Shown here: one piece after another, positions 51,730 through 64,000 of the stretch
Position numbering within the stretch: position 1 is the first letter of the stretch
Layout of the letters: each line of letters starts with the position of its first letter
DNA from: Oopsacas minuta
Taxonomy: Eukaryota > Animalia > Porifera
Reading direction: 5' to 3'
Assembly (NCBI GenBank): GCA_024704765.1
Contig: JAKMXF010000304.1
Span: 344,322-408,321, forward strand
DNA: 64,000 nucleotides
Position numbers and translations under genes: made by a program
The notes under the pieces: generated by a model
Database searches by the model: none
What the model was told of the DNA's origin: nothing
The model's input: only the letters and a program-made list of their open reading frames with translations

Positions 51730-52700
51730 ATGGGTTCATATTGAACTAAAGCAACATAATCCCCATTGCATTCAATCACAGACTTACAATACGGCAGCTC
51801 TCTCATGAATTGCAGCGGTTTCTCTCGGGTTACTCGGAACTAGAAATTCGTATTGCCTTAGATGGATTTTAGGTCCTTAAAAACAACCTATAACACTGAT
51901 TCAATTCTGGAATGTATGGCGATTGTTGTATTAACACTAAATCCCTCCTTCTTAGGTATTTCATTATTACCCTAGCAGAAGAGGTCTACGTAGCATTGTT
52001 ATTAGGCCAGAACAATTCAGAAAGATTTTTGGATTTGTGTCAACATTACTTCAGATTTCCACTTTGGATTGAATAAAGTCAAAATACATTTAGTGTGCCT
52101 TTGGGCAGTGGGAGAGCAACGCTGATTTTAGTACCTCCAGAAATGCCAAACTGATTAATACCTTATGATTTGTCACTTGTGGTCGGACAACTCGAGGACG
52201 CTTCTAAAAATTGGCCAGCCCTGCTTTGTTCTAGGGCTTGGTTAGATCACTAACAACGAACATCCAACGTTAGTCCTCAGTCACCCAACATTTTCGATTT
52301 TCTGCCATTCAGTATTTATCTATCATTTCCAAGATTTTTTGAGCACGTGGTGTGTGCTAGAGTCCCTGTTAGCATTAGAGAGCCGATGTGGGACCCAGAT
52401 ATAGCAGACCTTTAGCAACCCCAGTACCTCAACTAAGATGCGTCTAACCAATACTATATTAACATCAGCTAGTATTCGAACTGAATGTTCGGGTTCAGCT
52501 ACAACAAATTGAATTTCAATAGACTATTATTGCCTTTCTGTATGAATGCTAGGGTTTAAATTTTGACATCTCCACCTTTGATATGATTACATGCCCCCAA
52601 AACCTGCCACAGTGGTTCTTGTTTAGTTTGGTTTATCATACAAATAATGATCTTGTGAAGAAATAATGTTGCCCTCTCATAATTGATAAGCGTTTTGAGC
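51730..52700 (-). mobile_element. Highly decayed mariner relic
   Basis: KVCYIWVPHRL, VTED.RW, QSPYIPELN, GDYV remnants in order across frameshifts. Confidence 0.55.
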
Positions 52701-54622
52701 TGAAGGTATAGTTCACGACATATGTCCGTGCTTCATATGTAAGTTTAAGTCGCTCAGCACACATTGAAATCGCCCAGCAAAGATAACTAAGCAAGTTGAA
52801 TGACAGGTTCATCATCTACAATAATTCCTTTGTCTAAATGAAAACAAGAAAATTGCATCTCATGCCAGCAGTAATTATCTCTTGTGTCTAGTCCTTGTCA
52901 AAACAGTTAGTGTTAAGTTAGAAATAGTATTCTCTGGTGCCATGCATGTTTGTGATAATGTTGTATATCATTAACATCATAACACCAGAAAATTCCAATA
53001 AAATGTTGCAAACCAGTTATCCCAAGGCTTTATCGAAGTTATATAGCTGTGATTAATAAACAATAATTATAGTTCTGAAAATGTTTAATATTGAAACAAC
53101 CATGAAACGACTATGAAAAGGTTTCAGATACTGATAAACAGTTTCACGGTACGGTGATACTGATTTCTGTCTTCGGAATCCATAAATATGACTTCCCAAT
53201 CGCAAATAATAAATTTCATGTGATTAAAGACAACTAATGTCGATATTTTAACAATATTGTCATTTATGGAAGTTGTAAAACTCATGATTTACATTGAAAA
53301 ACAGCCAGAGCTATTGTGGATGTCATGGATTTCCAGACGCCAATTGGGAACAAGTGATCGGCCTCCTAGACCGCTCCGGCCATGATATCAATAAAAACCC
53401 CTCCAAATCCAAATAAACTCCTTGCAAATCCTAAACAAATCAGATGAAAATGATGTGACAAATCCAAAGTCGGTGTACATGCCTCATTAAGTACACACAT
53501 TTCTTCTATCCACATTTAGTATGGAGATCGTCAGTCGAAATGAATAAAACTTGTCACTAGCAAGAACTCAGGCAGTTTGTGTGGAGATTGTCACTAGGAA
53601 TGAACAAACTCTTGGTAATTAAATCGATTTAGAATGGTCAATCAACACGCGTTAGTGTTTTCCTAGTCTTGATAGGAACTTCTTAAACATATGCAAAAGT
53701 GGGAATATATTATCACATAACGGTTTTGAGTTATGTAAATATGGTAGTGCAATGGGCTATGAACTGACTGAACTTTCCTTATTGCTAAATGCACCAGTAC
53801 AGAATAGAAAGAAAAATTCCAATATGAAATTAAATATGCAATATAATAAAATAATCCGGAAATATGCCCCACAGGGGGCACAAAGGGTTGCTTTAGTTGA
53901 AATAGGCATGTATATAATAGCTACATAAGCGAAATATTCTCTTATAGTAAAACTATTGCAAAAATCGATTGGAAACAACTAATTTTATGTAAAAGTGCTA
54001 TTTAGCAAGTTTTGGCTTAATTTCTGACAAATTTGCATGTATGACATTTATGGTCGCCTAATTTGATAATTTTGGTAACCATATGCTTAAAAATTATTCT
54101 TCAAACAATGGAGATTATGGGAAATTTTCTAGTTTCCAGTGTGAAATTCCACCCTAATCTATAGCAGCATAGCGAAGTTATGAAACGATGTACATTTTCG
54201 CAAACTAACAATTTTAACAATACCTAGCCACTTGGGCTATAATACAATATTTCATGTTGTTTTAATGTAATAATCCAAATTATATAGTCTCTCTCATCTA
54301 CTATTAGTCAAAAGAAACTAAAAGAAGTGATTATAAACAATTATCTAGTGAATATATGCCGCCCTAAATGATGGTTAAGACTAGAAAAGTCGAATAATTC
54401 TGTTATTCATAATAGCTATAATGTATTTTAAGAAAAATCAAAACAACAAAAATTTAGAAAAATGTGAAATTTCAATAAAAGTCAACAGACCCAGATAGAA
54501 TTAATTGGTCACCGTCGCATCATTTCGCGCCGCTGGAAATTAAGTTAAATTAGAGCTAATGGATTTAGCTTTCATTTCAAAACTTCAAATCATTTGCCTG
54601 CGAGATATTTCTGCACTAACTA

Positions 54623-55924
54623 CAGGGTTAGGCATAAGTCCTGGAACAAGATAAACTAGTATATTTCTTATCTTACCATAATAGTAGTTGAAATTCGTAA
54701 TGAATTAGTGGATATACATACTAAGGATACGAAATTAATCTAGCTCTTCGAATGTATTTCCCTTTGCTGCGATACATAGGCTCAATCGCTTATAGAAATT
54801 GTCGGCAGCAGCACGCAACACGTCCTCATTGATTAAATCTCACTCTCTTCTAATTGTAGACTTCAGACTTTCGACTTTCTTGTGAGGCTTTGCACATACC
54901 CTGGACTCTAAGATGGACCATATACACAAATCCATAGGGTTTAGATCTGGAGAAAGGTTGGCCATTCTTCAGTTGATATAAATTTCTGGTACATTGAGTT
55001 TCAACCACTCAGATGTCATTTTGGCTTTGTGGGAGGGAGCGGAATCCTGCTGGAACACTCAATGCGCGCCATTGAAGTGGTCACCAGCCCAAGGCTTCAA
55101 TGCGTTCTCTAAAATGCTCTCTACATACGCCTCTTTGTTAATTTTCACCCCTTTGTCAATGAACACCAGAGGTGTCAGACTATCAGAGGGTATAGCTCCC
55201 CAAACCATGACCGATACAAGTTTCTGAGGTCTTTTGATTGTGCGTATTGGTGACGATTTAGACTTTTGATCTGGAGCAAGAATTCGACTGTTTTGGCGAT
55301 TATATGCCATTTCTACGGTAAAGATCTTCTCATAGGAGAAGACAATACTCTGGTGTGGGGGCCACCAGTGAACCTTTTTCTCAGAATCAGACACTTTTCA
55401 TACCTACGCCTCTAATTCACCACAGAAAGTAACTGTACCTCTCGAAATTTGCAGCATTTCAAGCCTAAATCCTCTTTACTATCATTCCCATACTTCTGGT
55501 TGAAATATTGAAGTGTTTTGCCATGCCTTGGGTGTTTCTAACAGTGTTCTTCCTGACCATCTCCCGAACGAGCTTCCTAACAGCAGGAGTACGAACAGAA
55601 CGAGGTCTAGCTTTTTCTGAACCTGTCCTGTGTACTGCCAGTTCCTTGTAACTTTTGATTGTGCGGTAGACTATCCATAAGTTTATGGACAGTATTTATG
55701 ATATCACGGAAGCTGATTTGCCTTCATTATGATAAAAGATTATCAATGACCGTTTTACTTCTTTGTCCATAAATCAAAAAAATTTTTCTAGTAGGACTCA
55801 ATACCCTAAATATTGTTTAAAAAGATATTGAAGATAATATATGATAAATAAACGTTCACCTAAAACCATTCGCAGAACCTCTAGCTTAATTTAAATTTTG
55901 TTGCAGAACTTATGCCTAAGCCTG
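54623..55924 (-). mobile_element. Full-length maT/DD37D Tc1-mariner element (1302 bp), frameshifted
   Basis: 27-bp TIRs CAGG(G/C)TTAGGCATAAGT.CTG.AACAA (24/27) with TA on both sides; FSYEKIF, VMVWGAI, FQQDSAPSH...WP..SPDLNPMD giving D37D after two frameshift corrections. Confidence 0.9.
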
Positions 55925-55929
55925 TATAT

Positions 55930-57805
55930 TAGGGCGGATCGAGAAAAGTATACATCGTCCCTTCAACTTCTACCTCAGGCGAAGGTTGCCTTTGCTCTTT
56001 TCTAGGAAAATGCGAGACATAAATTTAAAAAATATTTCGAGTTGACCCTTGCGGTTTTATATTTTTGCTGTGTCACTTTCGCAAACTTGACTTTAAATTG
56101 TCCGAATTTTCTAATTCCTTTGACTTAGCCCCTTTAGATATATTATTTGGTAATAGTAAGTCGCATATTTGCTTTCGAATGGGGTATTAGGCTAATTTCT
56201 ATGTCCAAAGATACTCAAGTTATCAAGATATTGTTTGCATATTCTATCATACCCTAATAATATTATCCACCCCCCTTTTTTTCCGAAGATTTGCAAATGC
56301 ATAATTCTTACAAAAAATAGCTATATCCTCGCCAAACTTAGTATAATTCTGTCTCTAGATCTAAATTCATCAATAGATTACGACAAAGAAATTTTATTAA
56401 CTTTCCTTATCTCTGGCTCTTAACTTAGTTACCATTTATCTAGCATGGAATTTATGGTCAATTATTGTATCTAAATAAAACTCGCCAAAATCACTCAATA
56501 TTATAGAGTGATTATATTCCTATAATTTATGTAATTTTGATTATGGCAGGATACACGCTTAGTATTGTAGTATTTCATCCTGGTTTTGGTTATCCTGGAC
56601 CCATCCCAGAAAATCTACTCCCAATAAAACTAGATCTATACAATCATTATAGTATACTTAGAAATGAAGATTCTAAATCAACTAGAGATGATATAGCGAA
56701 AGAATTAACTGAAGTATTAGTGCGTATCTATAATTTGTCTTCCATACCCATAAAATCAGAGCTCCAAATATAACAGTACATCATTTCTGATATTATCGAG
56801 AGAGCAAAACTTTTTGCTTCTTGAATTTGGCATTTGCAACTTGAGACGTCGAACAAGACATTGAATTCGGAATTATAGGCTGGACACGGTCAGGATATTG
56901 CTTGTTTTGGATACTTTTCTGTAGTATTTAGCTCTCTCAATAATATCAGAAATGATGTACTGTTATATGTGGAGCTCTGATTTTGTGGGTATGGAAGACA
57001 AATTATAGATACGCACTAATACTTCAGTTAATTCTTTCGCTATATCATCTCTAGTTGATTTAGAATCTTCATTTCTAAGTATACTATAATGATTGTATAG
57101 ATCTAGTTTTATTGGGAGTAGATTTTCTTGGATGGGTCCAGGATAACCAAAACCAGGATGAAATACTACAATGCTAAGCGTGTATCCTGCCATAATCAAA
57201 ATTACATAAATTATAGGAATATAATCACTCTATAATATTGAGTGATTTTGGCGAGTTTTATTTAGATACAATAATTGACCATAAATTCCATGCTAGATAA
57301 ATGGTAACTAAGTTAAGAGCCAGAGATAAGGAAAGTTAATAAAATTTCTTTGTCGTAATCTATTGATGAATTTAGATCTAGAGACAGAATTATACTAAGT
57401 TTGGCGAGGATATAGCTATTCATTGTAAGAATTGTGCATTTGCAAATCTTCAGAAAAAAAGGGGGGTGGATAATATTATTAGGGTATGATAGAATTTGCA
57501 AACAATATCTTGATAACTTGAGTATCTTTGGACATAGAAATTAGCCTAATACCCCATTCGAAAGCAAATATGCAACTTACTATTACCAAATATTATATCT
57601 AAAGGGGCTAAGTCAAAGGAATTGGAAAATTCGGACAATTTAAAGTCAAGTTTGCGAAAGTGACACAGCAAAAATATAAAACCGCAAGGGTCAACTCGAA
57701 ATATTTTTAAATTAATGCCTCGTATTTTCCTAGAAAAGACTAAAGGAAACTTTTGCCTTAGGTAGAAGTTAAGGCGACCATGTATACTTTCCTTGATCCG
57801 ACCTA
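55930..57805. mobile_element. hATm-like foldback element: ~876-bp inverted arms around a 125-bp spacer
   Basis: Arms 55930-56805 and 56931-57805; TAGG termini; 8-bp TSD CTGTATAT / CTGTGTAT; arms encode FGYPGP..ENLLP.KLDLYNHY...IYNLSSIP; spacer encodes LFDVSSCKC on the minus strand. Confidence 0.9.
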
Positions 57806-57989
57806 CTGTGTATCTACGAAGGAAACCGTCCAAACACGCCGAAAACTAATGGAAAGTATTTTGTAAAATTTCCTTAGTCGACTGAGAACCAAGCTCTGAT
57901 GTATGGAAGAAATACATATAAGTTCTTTACTCTACTTTGAAATAGCAAAATTTGCTTACTGTCACTACTCTAGTATTTTACCACAACAC

Positions 57990-58642
57990 ACTTGTGTAGT
58001 TACTACAGATATCAAATGCTACACCACAACACCTTTGGTCAGAGAACATTTGTGCTTTTTTAGCACTCCTGAAAATGGGATTTAAATAATTCTAGGGCAT
58101 ACCGAGTGACATTGGAGTATTTTTTTACTAGTTTATTTGACATATGATCACGTCCCTCATCACCAGTAGATAAGTGCGCTCGTTTAAGTACCATAAGTAC
58201 TGAATTTAGACCTGCTTTTGAAGAAGATAATATCCATGACGGTTCTTGGAAGCAGGGTTTGTAGCTGCTTATTTAGGATCTTCAATTGTTGAATAATATT
58301 CATCTTTGTGCATCAAGAATTTTTTCAAGTCTCATATTTCTTTTAAAGCTCCCTGTAAAATATTTCTTCATAGGAATAATTCATGTTGTTGTGTATGAGT
58401 TGATTCAAATACGAAATATATTCAAAACCTTTCCGATTCTACATTTTATAATCGGACAAACACGATCTGAACTACGAAGCCATTTTTATTGACTATGCCA
58501 CAAGTGTTTGTGTGTGAAGGGAAGAGATAATTGGAGGTCATATATCGATGACAACAATCAAAGTTGCCAATCCAATCCAATCGATTCAGATTGGATATCG
58601 ATTGCCAATCCATTCAATGAGCAACTCGATCGATTTGTTACA
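57990..58642 (-). mobile_element. Ginger2/Tdd (KRBA2/SCAND3-like integrase) 5' relic
   Basis: KDEYYSTIED, YYLLQK, KRAHLSTGDEGRDHM..KLVKKYSNVTR...LFKS..QEC, TKGVVV; terminus TGTAACAA at 58642. Confidence 0.7.
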
Positions 58643-59339
58643 ATCGTAACACATTATTATATGCCAGTTTTTAATGAAATTACCATAATTTTGAAGTAAA
58701 CGACCAATAAACCCCTTTCTAAGTTTCAAGTTTTCTAGAAATTTCCCGGCAGTCAAAATAATACCTACAATTATGTATTAATTTTACTGCATATAGCTAT
58801 TTCAAAGGATTAAACTGAACCATGAAATAACCTAGTGCTTTACTTCGTGTGTTTCAACAAATATAGTTTTATATTTGAGGACTCTAACAATTATACATAC
58901 TGACTGATTGCCTTGTAGGCAATTTGTGTAACAAGAGATCTTGAATTAAGTCATTTCATGAAACAGCTGGAAAAATTAGTCATTTCATGAAACAACTACG
59001 CGAAATTCCTAAATTTTCAGGCATTATGTGAAATGACTGATAACACAGATTGACTGTAACATATATACGAACCGATTTAAAACCACCCCATATGAAAGAC
59101 AGGGAATATGTCCATATTACCCATTTACGAGTATTAGTTTATTGGGTTGAATAATATTTACTGCATTAAATTCTGGAAAAGGTGCAGATGAGTATACAAT
59201 AGAAACCGGATTTTTGGCCAATTTTGTATTAAGAAAATAGTCAGAAACTCTAATTGACACATTACTAAATGGTTGTTCAATAAATAATGAGTTTTTTTCA
59301 TAATTTATATAGTAAACCTATACTTATCATAATTGATTA

Positions 59340-60110
59340 TCAAATGTTTCGATAAATTCCCCTGTAACTTTGTACATCGTTCCATCGTTCTGGTAACTTT
59401 CAAGCCCAGTGATATACAATTCTTTAGGGGTCCCTTTTCCCAGTGTTTTATTCGTACTCCAGCCGTTTCAAATCCTCAAATCTCCCCTCGAAGGGGTCTC
59501 TTCATCTCTCCAAACAGTCAGTAGTCGCTAGGAGCCAGGTCTGGACTATACGGGGATGAGGGAGGCATTCGAATCCTAAGTCGCCAATTGCAGCCATTGT
59601 CTTGGAGATTACATGGGGCCTTGCGTTGTCATGTTGCAGCAGTACGCCACGTGTCAACCTGCCTCGCATCTGACGTTAATCGCTTGACGCAATTTTTTCA
59701 ATTCGTCAATGTAATAATCACAGTTTATGATGGTCTTCTCAGGCAACTAGTCGAGGTGTTTTTTCCTTCCCTATCCCAAAATACTGTTGCCATTCTCTTC
59801 CCTGCTGATTTTGCGGCCTTTATCTTGATGGGTACAGGTTCATCACTTCTTTTCCACTGCTCCCATTGACTTTAGCTCTCTGGTTCATAATAATGAAACC
59901 AAATTTCATCCTCCGTTACTATACGATCCAAAATGTCTTCCTCTGCCTTGTATCTTGAAAGTAATTCTTTGCTAACTCTGACCCTTTCGCGTTTTTGTTC
60001 TTTTGAAATAAGTTTTTGGACCCAACGCGCAGTTAACTTCAACATTTCCAGATCTTCAGTGATAATCGAGTGTAGTGTGGATTTTGATATACCTACACAT
60101 ACGAATATAT
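59340..60110 (-). mobile_element. Mariner DD34D transposase relic
   Basis: KLTARWVQKL, IVTEDEIWFHYYEP, QHDNARPH...HPPYSPDLAPSDY (34-residue spacing after one frameshift fix). Confidence 0.85.
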
Positions 60111-62361
60111 ATACTGTTTAGGGACTTTGTACAGAATTCAGTTTTCACCATACTCATATTGCTAAAGTGTTTTGGTTTCATGGTCGTTTCGCGAGTAATC
60201 ATAGTCGCCAAGCTGAATAGAAAAGTCATACAGATACAAATATTGCAGAAGAAAGAGGTTCAAGAACATCTTTATAATGGTAAGCGGGAGTGCATGTATA
60301 TAGCAACACTAACACTTTTGCAAATACTCATTAGTTTACTTGAATTTATATGTTTACCATTCTATTTGTCATTTAGAGTGAGCATATTTGGAAGATAAAA
60401 CGATGAGACCGAATATATTTTTGCAGACTAAAATTCTCTTCCACTACTCATAAAACATTCTAAGAAACCAATACAATCATTGGATCTTTTCTACTTTCTT
60501 TCAACCCAATATACCTACAGACTACTACAAGATCTGATGTGCCAAACTCTCTAATCTTTTTAATGTTGAGGTGGTGGAGCAGGTCACACAAAATTACTTC
60601 AACTCTATAGGGTAGCAAACAACCCCATAAAAGGTGGACAACCCTCATCGTTATTAAAATATGTTGTAGATGGTAATTGATAATTTATTATTTGTTTCCC
60701 CTAATATTTTGTGTTAATTTGAAGATATTACAGCAAAGAACTCATCGAAAGATTATGAACTGATGTATACAATTTTTGTATCAATTCGTTATACTATCCA
60801 AAAGATATAAAATTTACGAGTCGAGTACCTCATATTCGAGTTCTACTGTACAGTACTTATTTTAATATATTGCCAAAATGACCCAAGATAGCATTATGTA
60901 GAATAATTGTATAGATGTTCCATAGAATCCAGATAGTTCATAAATACAACCACCAAATGAGGTTGTTTAAACATTTCGAGTCTATATTCGAAATTTTACA
61001 GGCAGGGCGATCGTTTATTCGGAGCCCTATAGTACTTTAATATTATATCTTATGTCCAGTGTTCCCTAAAGGCCGGAAATTATTCTTCCTCCTTACTTAT
61101 CGTGTCTCTCTATGTGCAACTGGAGGTCCTGGCTCCACTTTTATTCTCCGAGCACCCACTGACACATAATTACTCCAAGGGACCAGAAAAATCTCAACTT
61201 TCTGGACCAATTGCAAACAAATCGTTATTTCTTGCTTTTTGTTTCGCTCCTTGACCTTACTGATTGTTTCCTACACACATTGACTCTCCTCTAGAACTAG
61301 CCACCAGATTAATTTTGCCCCCCTACCAGACTTTAAAGCCACACAACACCACCGCGCTTCTACCCAACTTTATATATATATATATACAAATGAATACGTG
61401 CGCAATTTAATTAAGTATGCAGCAGTAAAGAATATCTTATATTTGAGTGGAGCATGTTATTGTTAAGAATTTTCCTCTAGGACTCAAACTTGTCCGAGCC
61501 AGGCATAAAACTCCCTTTCCGGCCAAAATCAGCCCGATATCTTCCCTTTCTTAATTATTCCGGCATTCCGTACTTATAAACTTTTGAATATGTATATTAG
61601 GGTACATCAGTTACCCTATTGAACGAAATCAAATGTCTTTACAGTCTTACTACTAATTATGTTTTCTATATGGTTTAATTAATCATTATACCTAAATGAG
61701 TTGCATATGTAGTTAGTGGTACCCAAATGGAATTTTGTGATGATACTTGTTGTTTGTGCTTTTTGACTGGGTTTCATCTAAATTTGGTTAAATATTTAAT
61801 TGGATCATGGCCAACTATGCTACGGCTAGTTAAGTTGAGGATTGTCAAATATTTACTATTCCTTTGCTAATATTCTAATTGATCATGAAGAATTCCGCCA
61901 ATCGTCATTAATTTAACTCTTATTAGGTTATCACATATGGAGTAGTTATCAGAACACTTTTGAGCATGATTAGTCAGACACTATGACGCCGTACAAATTC
62001 AGTTTACGGGAAACACCAGAAATTTGACTAAACATTGAAATCGTAAGAATTGAGTCTTGATTGCTTCTGATACAAACAAAACACGAATGTATCACGGCTT
62101 GCAATCATGCTTTAAAATACTATGTAAATTTCCTTAGTTCGTTGCATTGTCACTGATTTTCTGTGCCGACTACACAGAAAAGTTTATGCATTTAGCAATG
62201 AAATCATATAATAATGCTAACATCTGGTTATATAAGGATAGAACAGCTTCCGTACTATGAAAGTTAAATGTATTAGTCTATCACACTCAGAACGGCCTAT
62301 CGGTTGGCTGTTAGATTTCTGCTCTCCGTTTAGATTAAGTCTTATTTGTATCCATTTCTAG

Positions 62362-62784
62362 GTTGAGATATCATTCTACGAGATTTATAATGAACATATA
62401 TATGATCTCCTGGCTAGTCAAAAGAATCGTAAGGAGCGCACACAGCTACGTGTTAGAGAGCATCCGGTCTTAGGGCCTTATATAGAAGATTTAAGTACAT
62501 ATGTAGCTACAGGATATATTGATGTTGAACATTGGCTAACATTAGGCAACAGATTTAGAGCTACTGCCGCTACTGGTATGAATGAGCGATCTAGCAGAAG
62601 TCACTCTTGTTTCATGCTAGTGGTTACTCAGAATAGAGAGTTAGAAGGAGAAGAGGCAAGTATAGTGAGCAAAATCAATTTAGTCGATCTCGCTGGTAGC
62701 GAGAGAGTGAAAAACTCTTTTACAAGTTCAGAACGCCTCCGAGAAGGACAAAACATCAACAGATCTTTACACACATTAGGGAAG
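62362..62784 (+). CDS. KIF14: Kinesin-3 (KIF14-type) motor domain exon, 141 codons, phase 0/0
   Basis: AG at 62360-62361, GT at 62785; VEISFYEIYNEHIYDLL, LRVREHPVLGPYIEDLS, ATAATGMNERSSRSH (switch I), INLVDLAGSER (switch II), INRSLHTLGK; continues the previous exon in frame (ASFK|VEISF). Confidence 0.92.
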
Positions 62785-62829
62785 GTTTGTTTCTAGCGTA
62801 AATTGAATCAATTGTGACCTTTGTCCTCG

Positions 62830-63081
62830 TTTTTGCCATGATCTCGTACCTGAGCTCCTTTAGGCAAAGGAGTATGCAGCGTGAGGCCATTGGGTCACAT
62901 GGCACACCTAAGATTGCGTTTGCTTACCAGTTTTTCATTGCAATGTTTATATGAATCCAGGAATTACCGCTCATGGCAACCTCTTTGCGTACTTACTTCG
63001 TACTATCCTAGCATCCAAGCGATCCTTCTGCCTCCAAGTATCTCATGAGCTGCAATTACATGCATTATCATGAAATAGCTA
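62830..63081 (-). ncRNA. Decayed 7SL/SRP-RNA-like sequence (pseudogene or 7SL-derived SINE candidate)
   Basis: Colinear blocks resembling metazoan 7SL as recalled: GCATGTAATTGCAGCT, GAGGCAGAAGGATCGCTTG, AGGTTGCC, AAAC-N3-GCA-N4-AAAACT, GCCATGTGA..GCC..CTGCA.ACTCC..GCCT, CGAGA; short A5 tail. Confidence 0.45.
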
Positions 63082-64000
63082 GGGTCATCGCTTCTCCAGG
63101 TGCCTCGATTTCTGCGATAAGGTGTGCTTTTGTTTGTAGGTCAGACTTGATTAAATTCGAAATGCGAAATTTGGATTCAGCATATTTTTTGTTACATAGC
63201 TTAGCAATTATTATCTACCGTTATTTATAATTACATATTTTTGATTACTATTTTATATATTTATTACTAAACTAATAATTTGACGCTAACAATACGCTAG
63301 CTACTTTAAAGCACTTCGTTCTCCCCGAATCTGTGTCACATGTGGCAGAAGTGGCAAATATCAAATATATCTACTTCACTTCGTATGAAAATATATACCA
63401 AAAATCGAATACATTTCCGACTATACAAGTATCTGCATGTTCGATAGAGGAGCTGTGGACGTTTTATGCAATATCGATTATTTCAAACTCTCACTTTATC
63501 TGTTTGAAGAATCTTAAATAGTGTTGATGATGATGCAATACATCTTGTACAAATATTCTAGTGATGTGCCGCTTCTGAACTTGGCATACTTGGGTATACA
63601 GACCCGTGGGAATCAAATATGCTATCAGAATTGTTCCATCTTTTATGAATTATCTGCAATCTGCAATTGAATATTTAACTATCTCATTATCTATATAATG
63701 AGCAAAGTTGACTAGAAAATATCTAATCGGGAAAATACTCGAGTAGGTCAGTAAAATGTTAACTCCAATAGTCAGATTGTTCTTTCAGCTATATTTTCAT
63801 ATGCACATTCTTATCTTTGCCATACTGCCAGGATTTACAATTGTATATTTAGAGTTGTACAAATACTTTTGTTCAGCTAGATTAGTTTTCACCAATATAT
63901 TTATTGTTTCTATGGTTCTGCATTCGATAAATGTCAGCTTGCTACTTATTTATACAATGCTACATTTTTGGTTCTTGTTCTGACAGTTCAATCAGTTTGT

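Noticed and set aside
56537-57501. Mirror-image ORF pairs as duplicated host genes
   Set aside because: They are the two arms of the foldback; one pair is a truncated transposase start, the other is a chance ORF in the arm
62830-63180. Protein-coding reading LMRYLEAEGSLG...VAMSGNSWIH on the minus strand
   Set aside because: About six or more stops in ~90 codons and no family motif; the 7SL-like nucleotide match explains the segment better

Overview
AT-rich eukaryotic (metazoan-like) genomic DNA; one N at 5702 marks an assembly join. The only clear host gene is a + strand kinesin-3 of the KIF14 type. Two motor-domain exons (33971-34402, 62362-62784) are separated by a 27,959-bp GT-AG intron, and a candidate start-codon exon lies at 6053-6284. 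Almost everything else is a nested collection of decayed transposons, mostly cut-and-paste DNA types: Tc1 (DD37E), mariner (DD34D), maT (DD37D), pogo/Tigger, three hAT lineages, P/THAP9-like, PIF/Harbinger, Chapaev3 and a second RAG1/Transib-like relic, Ginger1 (with OTU), Ginger2, a Helitron end, and one Gypsy LTR relic. The most interesting observations are: (1) a 1.9-kb hATm-like foldback whose divergent outer TIRs and near-identical inner arms suggest TIR expansion by inverted copying of the transposase 5' end; (2) a P-superfamily THAP element with 70-bp TIRs, a perfect 7-bp TSD, an intron, and a Harbinger MITE inserted in its zinc-finger motif; (3) a decayed 7SL/SRP-RNA-like sequence; (4) filled and empty versions of one Tc1 insertion site either side of the assembly N. 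Family assignments come from motif recognition by eye and memory, not database searches. No rRNA, tRNA or CRISPR array was found.
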